Below are positions 15,264 to 22,832 of a stretch of DNA of 32,000 nucleotides, in pieces. The notes under the pieces were generated by a model. The model saw only the letters and a list, made by a program, of their open reading frames with translations, was not told where the DNA came from and made no database searches. Position numbers and translations under genes: made by a program. Source of the stretch: a bacterium (GTDB taxonomy: Bacteria; Bacillota; Clostridia; Oscillospirales; Oscillospiraceae); assembly GCA_963618015.1 (NCBI GenBank), contig CAVEQS010000016.1, positions 7,767 to 39,766 on the forward strand. Reading direction: 5' to 3'. Every line of letters starts with the position of its first letter. Position 1 is the stretch's first letter.

Positions 15264-15965
15264 ATGCTTTCCGATTTTCTCCAACAGCTTCTGCTCGCCC
15301 TGCTGCCGAACGAGCCGGTATACTATATCGGCGGGAGCGAGGTGCTGCCGCCGCCGCTCTCGCGCGAAGCGGAGGACGCCGCGCTCACCGCGCTCTGCGC
15401 CGGGGATAAAAGCGCCGAGCGCACGCTCATCGAGCACAATCTCCGGCTCGTCGTTTACATCTCGCGGCGGTTTGAAAACACCGGCGTGGGGCTTGAAGAC
15501 CTCATCTCCATCGGCACGATCGGCCTCATCAAGGCCGTGAGCACGTTTGACCGGGAAAAGAACATCAAGCTCGCGACCTACGCTTCAAGGTGCATCGAAA
15601 ACGAAATTCTGATGTATCTGCGCAAGCTCTCCGCGCAGCGTACGGAGGTGAGCTTTGATGAGCCGCTCAACACCGACTGGGACGGCAATGAGCTGCTGCT
15701 CTCCGATGTGCTCGGCACCGACGAGGACGAGGTCTCCCGCCCGATGGAGGACGACGCCGACCGGCGCGCGCTGCATGAGGCCGTATCGAGACTCAACGAG
15801 CGCGACCGGGACATCATCTCCCTGCGCTTCGGTCTGCGCGGCCGGAGGGAGTATACGCAAAAGGAGGTCGCCGACCGGATGGGCATTTCGCAAAGCTACA
15901 TATCCCGGCTCGAAAAGCGCATCCTTCTCCGTCTCCGCCGGGAGATGCAGAAGATCATGACGTGA
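15264..15965 (+). CDS. sigE: RNA polymerase sporulation sigma factor sigma-E (pro-sigma-E)
   Basis: Start chosen at MLSDFLQQ (RBS AAGGAGG at 15249-15255). [15 protein letters not shown]...[66 protein letters not shown] matches B. subtilis SigE closely (from memory). Confidence 0.93.
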   Translation: MLSDFLQQLLLALLPNEPVYYIGGSEVLPPPLSREAEDAALTALCAGDKSAERTLIEHNLRLVVYISRRFENTGVGLEDLISIGTIGLIKAVSTFDREKNIKLATYASRCIENEILMYLRKLSAQRTEVSFDEPLNTDWDGNELLLSDVLGTDEDEVSRPMEDDADRRALHEAVSRLNERDRDIISLRFGLRGRREYTQKEVADRMGISQSYISRLEKRILLRLRREMQKIMT

Positions 15966-15969
15966 AAAA

Positions 15970-15991
15970 GCCGCCTCCGGACAGAGGCGGC
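15970..15991. terminator. Stem-loop after sigE (weak terminator candidate)
   Basis: GCCGCCTC-cggaca-GAGGCGGC. An A-run precedes it, but no clear T-run follows on the plus strand. Confidence 0.4.
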
Positions 15992-16074
15992 AGATATGTT
16001 CCCTTGCTTTTTCCGTGACAATTGCGGTATACTTTATATTTGTTGAATATCGCATTTTGGAAAGGATATTTTGT

Positions 16075-16524
16075 ATGTTCCGCAACGCCGAAGAAAAAGA
16101 CTTTGCCCTCTATATGGAGCTGGCGAACGAATTTTACCATTCCCCCGCCGTAATGCATCCGATCCCGGCGCAGTACATGGAAAACACGTTCCGGGAGGCT
16201 ATGCGTTCCGACGTATACATCATTCTCCGCATGCTCGAAGTGGACGGCGCGCCCGCGGGCTATGCCATTCTCTCGCGCAGCTTTTCCCCGGAGTCCGGCA
16301 GCCCGATCTGCTGGATCGAGGAGCTGTACATCCGTCCGGCCTTCCGCGGCCACGGTCTCGGCACGAAGTTTCTCACGTCCGTCCGGAGGGAGTTCCCGTC
16401 GGCGCGCCTTCGGCTCGAGGTCGAGCCGGAAAACGCCGGGGCGGTCGCGCTCTACGAGCGTCTCGGCTTCACGCCGCTCGAGTACGTGAGCTACGTTGCC
16501 GAGCCGGACGGCGCAGACGCATGA
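16075..16524 (+). CDS. GNAT-family N-acetyltransferase
   Basis: Start at MFRNAEEKDF (RBS GGAAAGGA). The acetyl-CoA motif is LYIRPAFRGHGLGTKFL...ALYERLGF. Confidence 0.85.
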   Translation: MFRNAEEKDFALYMELANEFYHSPAVMHPIPAQYMENTFREAMRSDVYIILRMLEVDGAPAGYAILSRSFSPESGSPICWIEELYIRPAFRGHGLGTKFLTSVRREFPSARLRLEVEPENAGAVALYERLGFTPLEYVSYVAEPDGADA

Positions 16525-17063
16525 GCGGCACGGTCACGCTGCGTCTCTACGCCGGAGAGGAGGACGCCGCGGCGGAGCTGATCACCGCGTTCTGGCTCGC
16601 ACACAGCGATTATGTGCAGACGCGCGAAGAAGCGCTTGACGATCTGCGCGCATGGACTTCCGACGGCCACCGGTTTTATTTTCTCGACGCCGATACCGCA
16701 GCCGCCGGCTTTGCCCATCTCGGCAGCCGCGGCGGCGAGATCGACTGGGTCGAGGAGCTGTTCATCCGCCCCGAATTTCAGGGGCACGGTCTCGGCACGG
16801 CGGCGCTCGAGGCGATCGGCGAGCTCGTGCGCGGTTACTCGGAATCGCTGTATCTCGAAGTCGCGGCGCGGAATCTCCGCGCGCTCCGGCTCTACCGCCG
16901 GGCCGGGTTCGACTGCCTGAACACCGTCACGCTCCGGCGGGATTTCTGCCCCGAAGAATTTGAGACCGTCCGCTCGGACGAGCTGCTCGGCCATTCCTTT
17001 GACGTACGCCGAAAGCGCAGACCTTCTTCCGATATAGAAAACGCGGGAGGCGAAGACAAATAA
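16521..17063 (+). CDS. GNAT-family N-acetyltransferase (second copy, divergent)
   Basis: Its ATG overlaps the previous stop (ATGA at 16521-16524). Motif LFIRPEFQGHGLGTAALE...RLYRRAGF. Only the 3' part of the 330-aa track ORF is real. Confidence 0.85.
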   Translation: MSGTVTLRLYAGEEDAAAELITAFWLAHSDYVQTREEALDDLRAWTSDGHRFYFLDADTAAAGFAHLGSRGGEIDWVEELFIRPEFQGHGLGTAALEAIGELVRGYSESLYLEVAARNLRALRLYRRAGFDCLNTVTLRRDFCPEEFETVRSDELLGHSFDVRRKRRPSSDIENAGGEDK

Positions 17064-17524
17064 TGTGGTTTCGTGATCTTATTTCCAACCAGTTCCTGCT
17101 GACCGGCGTTTCGTCGTGGCTGTGGGCGCAGATCATCAAAACGATCATCCACGCGCTCGTCACGCACCGGTTTGATCTCTCCCGGCTCGTCGGCGACGGC
17201 GGTATGCCGAGCGGCCACTCCGCAACGGTCTCCTCGCTCGCGGTGGCAGCGGCATTTGTCTATGGGCTCGATTCCTTTGAGTTTGCCATCGCCGCGATCC
17301 TCGCCGTGATCGTATGCAAGGACGCCATGGGCGTCCGGCTCGAGACCGGCAAGCAGGCCGCCATCATCAACGAGATCGTAAAAGCATTCGACGAGCTCTC
17401 CACCGGCAAGCTGACGGACGTTAAGCTCAAGGAATTTGTCGGCCACACGCCCATCCAGGTGCTCGCCGGGATCGTGCTCGGCATTTTGAACGCGGTGCTG
17501 CTGCACCTTTTCATTTTTCCGTAA
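17063..17524 (+). CDS. Divergent PAP2 / acid-phosphatase-vanadium-haloperoxidase-related membrane protein (DUF212, YuiD-like)
   Basis: GGMPSGHSATVSSLAVA motif and four TM segments. The start overlaps the previous stop (TAATG). Confidence 0.8.
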   Translation: MWFRDLISNQFLLTGVSSWLWAQIIKTIIHALVTHRFDLSRLVGDGGMPSGHSATVSSLAVAAAFVYGLDSFEFAIAAILAVIVCKDAMGVRLETGKQAAIINEIVKAFDELSTGKLTDVKLKEFVGHTPIQVLAGIVLGILNAVLLHLFIFP

Positions 17525-18440
17525 ACACCCCGCGCAGAAATTCGATACGATACGCCATCACGGCTTTCAGAAAATCGCTCTTACATGCGATATCGTAGCC
17601 GTGCATGGCGTTTTTTATCGCGTGATACTCGCATGCCGTGCCCTCGCGCGTGAGCCGCGCGGCATATGCCGCGCCCTCGTCGTGCAGACAGTCATACTCC
17701 GCCGTTTCGATGTACGCGCTCGGAAGTCCGCTAAGCGACGCTCTCTCCGCTGGGGAGAGCCACTCCCGCGGCGCGGCGGACGGGCCGGGCGCGTACATGG
17801 CATAGTATTTTGCCATGTCGCGGCTATTGCACATGGGCGTATCCGTGAACTGCCGGTAGCTCCCGGTATTCATGCGCGCATCCAGCACCGGATAGAGCAG
17901 CATCTGCGCGCACGGCATCGGAAGGTTTTCCTTTCGTGCCATAAGGCAGAGCGCTGCGGCAAGATTCCCGCCCGCGCTGTCGCCCGCGGCGGCGATTTTT
18001 TCCGGGTCGATACGGAGCGCCGCGGCGTTCTCCAAAAGGAAGCGGTAGCCCGTGAGCGCGTCCTCGTGCGCCGCAGGAAACGTATGGCGCGGCGCGAGCC
18101 GGTAATCGGGCATCGCAACGCGCACGCCGAGCGCGCGGGCAAGCTCTCTCGCCAGCGCAAAATGGTGCGGCGCGGCGTTGAACGCGAACCCGCCGCCGTG
18201 GAGAAAATACAGGCACGGCGTCGTCCCCGTCTCCCCTGCGGGAGAGTAAAGGAGCATGCGCATCCGGCTCCCGTCGGGCCGCGGCACGCTCTCGCGCGAA
18301 ACGCACAGCGATTTATCACTCCGCTGCAAGGCGTACAAAAGCTTCATCGGCCCCTGCGAAAGGCGCACGAGCCGCGGCGAGAGCGGGAATTTCATGCGCG
18401 CATATAGCCGCAGATCGGGATGATAGGTATATTCCGGCAT
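17511..18440 (-). CDS. Alpha/beta-hydrolase fold-3 esterase/lipase (HSL family)
   Basis: Start chosen at MPEYTYHPDL (ATG at 18440). Oxyanion motif HGGGF and nucleophile elbow GDSAGGNLA. The 101-codon track extension is Ser/Cys/Arg-rich and antisense to lspA. Confidence 0.85.
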   Translation of the reverse strand: MPEYTYHPDLRLYARMKFPLSPRLVRLSQGPMKLLYALQRSDKSLCVSRESVPRPDGSRMRMLLYSPAGETGTTPCLYFLHGGGFAFNAAPHHFALARELARALGVRVAMPDYRLAPRHTFPAAHEDALTGYRFLLENAAALRIDPEKIAAAGDSAGGNLAAALCLMARKENLPMPCAQMLLYPVLDARMNTGSYRQFTDTPMCNSRDMAKYYAMYAPGPSAAPREWLSPAERASLSGLPSAYIETAEYDCLHDEGAAYAARLTREGTACEYHAIKNAMHGYDIACKSDFLKAVMAYRIEFLRGVFTEK

Positions 18441-18460
18441 GGTTTTTCTTCCTTTATGGC

Positions 18461-18500
18461 AGCGCCCGCCGCACGATGGTTTTATCGTGCGGCGGGCGCT
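18461..18500. other. 17-bp perfect stem-loop between lspA and the esterase gene
   Basis: AGCGCCCGCCGCACGAT-ggtttt-ATCGTGCGGCGGGCGCT. No U-tract on the minus (coding) strand, so its role (terminator, attenuator or processing site) is unclear. Confidence 0.6.
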
Positions 18501-18504
18501 TTCA

Positions 18505-19002
18505 TTATTTCTGTTCCGGCTTCTCCGGCTCCTTGCGCAGCAGCATGAGCAGCACAAAGAGAATGCAGCAGACGTTAATGGCAATGTCGGCAATGTTGAA
18601 CACCGCGAAGTGCATGAATTCAAGCTCGAACATGTCCACGACGTAGCCGTAGAGCGCGCGGTCGATGCCGTTGCCGATCGCCCCGGCCATGGCGAGCACC
18701 GCGAGCCAGCGCTCCCACGGCGCGGTGAGCTTATGGCGCGCAAGCGCCCAGATAACGATCACGCAGAACGCCGCCAGCAGCGCGAGGAAGAGCCACCGCC
18801 CGCCGGAGAACATGCCGAAGGCAACGCCGCTGTTGCGGATGTGCGTGAGATGTACGATGCCGGGGATCAGCGCGCGCTGCTGCGCGGCCGCGGCGTTGAG
18901 CGGGATGTTCCGCACGACCCACGCCTTGAGCGCCTGATCCGCCGCGATGATCGCGAGCGAGGCGAGAACATACCCGATCACAGTTTTTTTCTTAGCTGTC
19001 AT
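18505..19002 (-). CDS. lspA: Lipoprotein signal peptidase II
   Basis: Start chosen at MTAKKKTVIG (RBS GGAAGGAG). Conserved NSGVAFG and FNIADIAINV motifs. Confidence 0.9.
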   Translation of the reverse strand: MTAKKKTVIGYVLASLAIIAADQALKAWVVRNIPLNAAAAQQRALIPGIVHLTHIRNSGVAFGMFSGGRWLFLALLAAFCVIVIWALARHKLTAPWERWLAVLAMAGAIGNGIDRALYGYVVDMFELEFMHFAVFNIADIAINVCCILFVLLMLLRKEPEKPEQK

Positions 19003-19018
19003 TACCGGCTCCTTCCGC

Positions 19019-19057
19019 CAAAAAAGCAAAGAGCCGCCCGGTGTTGGGGCAGCTCTT
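19019..19057 (-). terminator. Intrinsic terminator after hup
   Basis: Minus strand: AAGAGCTGCCCC-aacacc-GGGCGGCTCTT followed by TGCTTTTTT. One mismatch in the stem. Confidence 0.65.
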
Positions 19058-19068
19058 CGGAAAATATC

Positions 19069-19347
19069 TTACTTCTTATCGACGGCTTCCTTGAGAGCCT
19101 TGCCGGCCTTGAACTGGGGAACGCGGGAAGCGGGGATCTCGATCTCCTTCTTGGTCTTGGGGTTGCGGCCCATGCGGACGCCGCGCTCCTTGACATCAAA
19201 AGCGCCGAAGCCGACGAGCTGCACCTTCTCGCCCTGAATAAGGGACTCGGTGATGGCCTCCAGAGAGGCGTTGACGGCAAGCTCGCTGTCCTTCTTGGAC
19301 AGACCGGTCTTTTCAGCAACCTGAGCGATAAGTTCTGTTTTGTTCAT
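19069..19347 (-). CDS. hup: DNA-binding protein HU
   Basis: [92 protein letters not shown] is GAGGAGGA. Confidence 0.95.
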   Translation of the reverse strand: MNKTELIAQVAEKTGLSKKDSELAVNASLEAITESLIQGEKVQLVGFGAFDVKERGVRMGRNPKTKKEIEIPASRVPQFKAGKALKEAVDKK

Positions 19348-19560
19348 GGATATCCTCCTCTTTTGTTTACAACCCACGGCCGGCGCCGCCGGGCGCTGAG
19401 CCGCTGTAATTCTTTTTTCGGCGCAAAAAAAGCGTCATATTTTTGTGCGCCCGGAAACCGTACCATATTTTTCACCATAACGCAAGAGGAAATTCAGCGA
19501 ATGCCCGGTTTTGCGTGCTTTTTTGGCGAATATTACCCGTTTTTCCGGTAAAGCGTGTTT

Positions 19561-21264
19561 TCAGCGGTCTTTCTTCTTGAGATGCGCGCCGCCGCGGCTC
19601 GCGCTCCGGCGCATGCTGCCCGACGAGCGATGACGCGCCGATTCGTCCAGCGTATGCAGATGAAGGAGCCGCCCGATCTTCTCTCCGTGCGGGATGAGCG
19701 CCATATCCTCCATCGTAACGGCGCGGGTGAGGCCGATCATCAGCACATACACGACCACCGCTGCGGCAATGGCAACGATCATCGCCGCCGCCATCGCAAG
19801 CCGCTCGTTCACGCCGCGCAGCGGGATGCGCGCAAGCCCATACACCGCCCACGCCGCGACGCCCATCGCAAGGCTTGAGAGGAGCGGCGCGCCGAGCACG
19901 CGCCCCAGCCGCGGAGAGCTGCCGAGCGTCCGGCAGAGGAAGATATAGTCCATAACGCAGATGATCGCAAAGCAGCAGATGCTGCCGACCGGCGCGCCCT
20001 GGATGTTGATAGCCGCCGTGCCGACGAGCACCCAGTTGACCGCGATCTTCACAACACCGCCCACGGCGGTGCTGACGATGGGGAGCTTTTCCTTCCCGCT
20101 CGCCTGCAAAATGGCGTTGCACATCATGGACATGCACACAAAGAACGACGCAACGGCGAGCAGCTTCAAAAGCCCCGGTCCCGCCGGGTTGCTGCCCCAG
20201 TAGACCACGCGGAACACCGGGTCGGCGAGGACGAAGAGTCCCACCGCCATCGGCATCGTGACAAGCGCGGAGATACGCAGCGACGATTCCGCGAGCTCGC
20301 CCGCCTCGGCGCGGTTGCCGCGCGTAAGATTCCCGACGATCGCCGGGACAATGCTCAGCGTGAGTGGCGTGATGAAATACGACGGGAGGTTATAGAATGT
20401 CTGCGCCTTGCCGTATACGCCGTACAGCTCACGGGCGCTTTTCTCCACAAATCCGGCGGCGGATTGCAGCCGGTTGAGGCAGAGCGCGTTATCGAGCAGA
20501 TTGATGAGCGAGAGCACCGAAGAGCCGATGGCGATCGGGATGCCGATGCGAAGGAACGCTCGGACGATCGTATCGCGTCTGTCCGGGATATCCGCCGTGC
20601 CGTAGGGGCGCGCGGGGTAGTTGCGGCGCTTGTAGAGCATCATGTAGATGAGCGCGCCGACCGCGCCCGCCGTTACGCCGAAGATCGCGCCCGCCGAGGC
20701 GATCGGCAGGGGCTTGTGCGCGCGGATGAGAAGATACGCAAGCGTCAAACCCACAACGAGCTTGCCGACTTCCTCGATCACCTGGCCGAACGCCGTGGGG
20801 ATCATGTTCCCGCGTCCCTGGCAGTAGCCGCGGTAGGCGGAGGTAAGACACACGATCACGACCGCTGGTGCGAGCGCAAGAATGCTCGGCGCGGCGTCGA
20901 TATTTCCCATCATCGCGGCAAGCTGGCGGTTGAAGAGGAGCATCAGCAGCGTGAAGAATCCGCCGATGGCCACGAGCGTCCCGGCGGCGGTGCGGAAGAT
21001 GCGCTGCACCTGGGCGGGCCGGTCGAGCGTGTCTGCCTCCGAGATCATGCGCGAGAGTGCCACCGGGAACCCGGCGGTCGCAAGCGTGAGGAAAAAGCTG
21101 TAGATGTTGTACGCCACCATAAAGTGGGCGAAGCCCTCGTCGCCGAGCAGCTTCATGCTGCCGAGCGGGAGTTTATAGAAGAACGCCGCGATCTTGACGA
21201 TGACCGTTGTTCCGACCATGATCGCCGCGCCGTGGAGATAGTTTTGCTTTTTGGCTTCCGACAA
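19561..21264 (-). CDS. MOP-superfamily flippase (SpoVB / MurJ / polysaccharide-biosynthesis-protein type)
   Basis: About 14 TM segments. Start chosen at TTG (21264), 6 nt after AAAGGAGGG, giving (M)SEAKKQNYLHGAAIMVGTTVIVKIAAFFYKLPL. The upstream part of the track ORF has no RBS. Confidence 0.8.
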   Translation of the reverse strand: MSEAKKQNYLHGAAIMVGTTVIVKIAAFFYKLPLGSMKLLGDEGFAHFMVAYNIYSFFLTLATAGFPVALSRMISEADTLDRPAQVQRIFRTAAGTLVAIGGFFTLLMLLFNRQLAAMMGNIDAAPSILALAPAVVIVCLTSAYRGYCQGRGNMIPTAFGQVIEEVGKLVVGLTLAYLLIRAHKPLPIASAGAIFGVTAGAVGALIYMMLYKRRNYPARPYGTADIPDRRDTIVRAFLRIGIPIAIGSSVLSLINLLDNALCLNRLQSAAGFVEKSARELYGVYGKAQTFYNLPSYFITPLTLSIVPAIVGNLTRGNRAEAGELAESSLRISALVTMPMAVGLFVLADPVFRVVYWGSNPAGPGLLKLLAVASFFVCMSMMCNAILQASGKEKLPIVSTAVGGVVKIAVNWVLVGTAAINIQGAPVGSICCFAIICVMDYIFLCRTLGSSPRLGRVLGAPLLSSLAMGVAAWAVYGLARIPLRGVNERLAMAAAMIVAIAAAVVVYVLMIGLTRAVTMEDMALIPHGEKIGRLLHLHTLDESARHRSSGSMRRSASRGGAHLKKKDR

Positions 21265-21340
21265 GGCAGTCCCTCCTTTGCGGTGGTGCACCGCACGATT
21301 CCACAATAAGGATATGCGGTAAGTTTGTATTTTACACCAA

Positions 21341-21381
21341 CGCGCGGGAAAAGGCAAGCATGGCAAGCCTTTTCCCGCGCG
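21341..21381. other. 14-bp perfect stem-loop in the divergent intergenic region
   Basis: CGCGCGGGAAAAGG-caagcatggcaag-CCTTTTCCCGCGCG. No U-tract on either side. Confidence 0.6.
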
Positions 21382-21411
21382 GAACTGTGCGGCGAGCTGC
21401 CGCTTTCTCAC

Positions 21412-21445
21412 ATAGGCACTATCTGGCGCTATATAGGCACTATCT
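21412..21445 (+). promoter_or_regulatory. Two 13-bp direct repeats upstream of the RHH gene (candidate RHH operator)
   Basis: ATAGGCACTATCT at 21412-21424 and 21433-21445. The 21-bp period equals two helical turns. They lie about 80 nt upstream of the ATG at 21524. Confidence 0.5.
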
Positions 21446-21523
21446 TCAACCAATTACGCAAAATCGACAGAAAGGATACAATAGACAGCAGGAAACTACT
21501 GGAAACACAAAGGGGCGAAAACG

Positions 21524-21712
21524 ATGGCCGAACCGTTTTTGAAATACCGGACGAGATTCACCTCGTCAATGAAAAATGAGCTTGTCCCTCTTTTTAACGA
21601 CCTTGCCAAGCAGACGCGCATCCCGAAAAGCCGTCTGCTGGATGACGCCATCGAAGACCTCCTTCGGAAATACGGCATCGATCCCGAAAAAGGAAAGGAA
21701 GCACAGCGTTGA
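21524..21712 (+). CDS. Ribbon-helix-helix (CopG/Arc-like) DNA-binding protein, orphan
   Basis: 62 aa. A beta-strand-like segment RTRFTSSMKNELV, then IPKSRLLDDAIEDLLRKYG, which is typical of the RHH helix 2. Confidence 0.65.
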   Translation: MAEPFLKYRTRFTSSMKNELVPLFNDLAKQTRIPKSRLLDDAIEDLLRKYGIDPEKGKEAQR

Positions 21713-21756
21713 ACTGTGCGTCCTTTTCGTTTTCCTTAATTGCAGACTCCTTCCGT

Positions 21757-22076
21757 CTCGGCGCGCTGCGCCGAGCCACCTCCCTCAGAGAGGGAGGCTT
21801 GAGGCGTCCTCTTTGAGGAAGCTGGCGGCGGCAAGGCCGCTGACTGAAGGAGTTCTCCGCCGCGAGAGAAAACCCCTCAGCCTCGCAAGCTCGGCAGCTC
21901 CCCTGTTAGGGGAGCCAAGAAGGTTTTCCGCAAACCCATAGCCTCCCTTGTGTAAAGGGAGGTGGGTTTTGCCGCAGGCAAAAGCCGGAGGGATTGTACG
22001 CGTATCCGCAAGACAAGACGAAAAGGCAATCCCTCAGTCAGCCTTACGGCTGCCAGCTCCCTTTACACAAGGGAGC
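21757..22076. repeat. Dense array of short stem-loops with a recurring CTCCC-loop-GGGAG unit and nested long-range inverted repeats
   Basis: Hairpins at 21757-21775, 21779-21797 (CCTCCCT-cagag-AGGGAGG), 21825-21840, 21854-21870, 21897-21915 (GCTCCCC-tgtta-GGGGAGC), 21942-21962, 21967-21983, 22040-22051 and 22056-22076. Unit 21942-21962 is the reverse complement of 22056-22076. The pair GAGGGATTG (21988-21996) / CAATCCCTC (22027-22035) is nested inside. Confidence 0.75.
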
Positions 22077-22101
22077 CTTTAAGCGCGAGAACGCCGGTTA
22101 T

Positions 22102-22344
22102 TTACTGTATCTCCTGCTCCAGTTCGTCAAACTCCGGCGCAGAAAAGAACTCGCCGAGTGTTATACCCAATCCGTCGCACAGCTTCTTGACCGTGACGAC
22201 GGAGACGTCCCGCCGCCGCGCGTCCAACATGCTGTACACCGTAGACGGCGTTACGCCCGAAAGCGTCGCCAATTCGTTCGGCTTTATTCCCCTCTCCCGG
22301 CAGAGCGCCGCAAAGCGCGCCGCTACCGCGTCCTTTACCGACAT
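22102..22344 (-). CDS. XRE-family HTH transcriptional regulator (80 aa), paralogue 1
   Basis: Start chosen at MSVKDAV (ATG at 22344, RBS GAGGTGA). HTH is IKPNELATLSGVTPSTVYSML. C-terminus is CDGLGITLGEFFSAPEFDELEQEIQ. Confidence 0.8.
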   Translation of the reverse strand: MSVKDAVAARFAALCRERGIKPNELATLSGVTPSTVYSMLDARRRDVSVVTVKKLCDGLGITLGEFFSAPEFDELEQEIQ

Positions 22345-22383
22345 ACGTATCACCTCAAACCGATAGTATTGAGATGATCGCGC

Positions 22384-22434
22384 GTGCGTATACGCACTTG
22401 CGTAATTCGGAAAATTATGTTACGCTGGTGCGTA
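22384..22434. promoter_or_regulatory. Cluster of TGCGTA half-sites, including a perfect 14-bp palindrome (candidate operator of XRE paralogue 1)
   Basis: GTGCGTATACGCAC (22384-22397), then TTGCGTAA (22398-22405), TTACGC (22420-22425) and GTGCGTA (22428-22434). All lie upstream of the start at 22344. Confidence 0.55.
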
Positions 22435-22458
22435 GATAGAGCCGTTCGAGGCGGCGTG

Positions 22459-22486
22459 TTTACTGTTTACTGTTTACTGTTTACTG
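22459..22486. repeat. Heptanucleotide microsatellite (TTTACTG)x4
   Basis: Four perfect tandem copies. The last copy contains the stop codon of XRE paralogue 2. The equivalent position after paralogue 1 (about 22100) has a single copy. Confidence 0.9.
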
Positions 22487-22723
22487 TATCTCCTGCTCCA
22501 GTTCGTCAAACTCCGGGGCGGAGAAAAATTCGCCGAGCGTTATGCCCAGTCCGTCGCACATCATTTTGATCGTCAGGAGCTTGGGGTTCTGGCTCTTTCC
22601 ATACAGGATGTTCTTGATGCTCGACGGCGGGAGCGCCGAGATCGTCGCCAGATGGTTGATCGTAAGCTTCCGCTCCTCACAGAGCCGGAGAATGCGCGTG
22701 CGCAGCGCGGTGATCGTGTCCAT
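22481..22723 (-). CDS. XRE-family HTH transcriptional regulator (80 aa), paralogue 2
   Basis: MDTITALRTRILRLCEERKLTINHLATISALPPSSIKNILYGKSQNPKLLTIKMM, then the same final 25 aa as paralogue 1. Confidence 0.8.
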   Translation of the reverse strand: MDTITALRTRILRLCEERKLTINHLATISALPPSSIKNILYGKSQNPKLLTIKMMCDGLGITLGEFFSAPEFDELEQEIQ

Positions 22724-22779
22724 TTCTTTTCCCTGCCTTACTTTTTATGTAATTACAGGTACAAGAATACAAAGCCATA

Positions 22780-22809
22780 TTGCACGAAGTAGGCTATACA
22801 TGCTACTAT
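22780..22809 (+). promoter_or_regulatory. Candidate promoter of the 82-aa ORF
   Basis: TTGCAC (22780-22785), 18 nt, TACTAT (22804-22809). The -10 box overlaps the 28-bp palindrome. Confidence 0.45.
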
Positions 22810-22832
22810 TAGGCTATGCATAGCCTAATAGT
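22805..22832. promoter_or_regulatory. Perfect 28-bp palindrome (candidate operator of XRE paralogue 2)
   Basis: ACTATTAGGCTATG|CATAGCCTAATAGT. All 14 pairs were checked by hand. An extra AGGCTAT half-site lies 20 bp upstream (22791-22797). The palindrome sits between the -10 box and the RBS of the 22847 ORF. Confidence 0.65.

Noticed and set aside
19419-19452. Hairpin GGCGCAAAAAAAGCGTCATATTTTTGTGCGCC upstream of hup as a riboswitch or terminator
   Set aside because: It is an imperfect A/T-rich stem with no flanking U-tract in the relevant orientation and no recognisable riboswitch core. It may lie in the hup leader or be the flippase gene's terminator, and the sequence alone cannot decide between them.
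21290-21330. Sigma-E-type promoter for the SpoVB-like flippase (CATATCCT as a -10 box on the minus strand)
   Set aside because: It is only a partial match to the CATACA-T consensus, with an ill-defined -35 box. It cannot be supported without transcript mapping.
21757-22076. CRISPR array
   Set aside because: The stem-loop units vary in sequence, length and spacing, with no constant repeat and no unique spacers of uniform size. There are no cas genes in the window.
21524-22344. Toxin-antitoxin module (RHH or XRE antitoxin)
   Set aside because: No toxin-sized ORF with an RBS is adjacent to, or overlaps, the RHH or XRE genes. The sequence after the RHH gene is the non-coding hairpin island.
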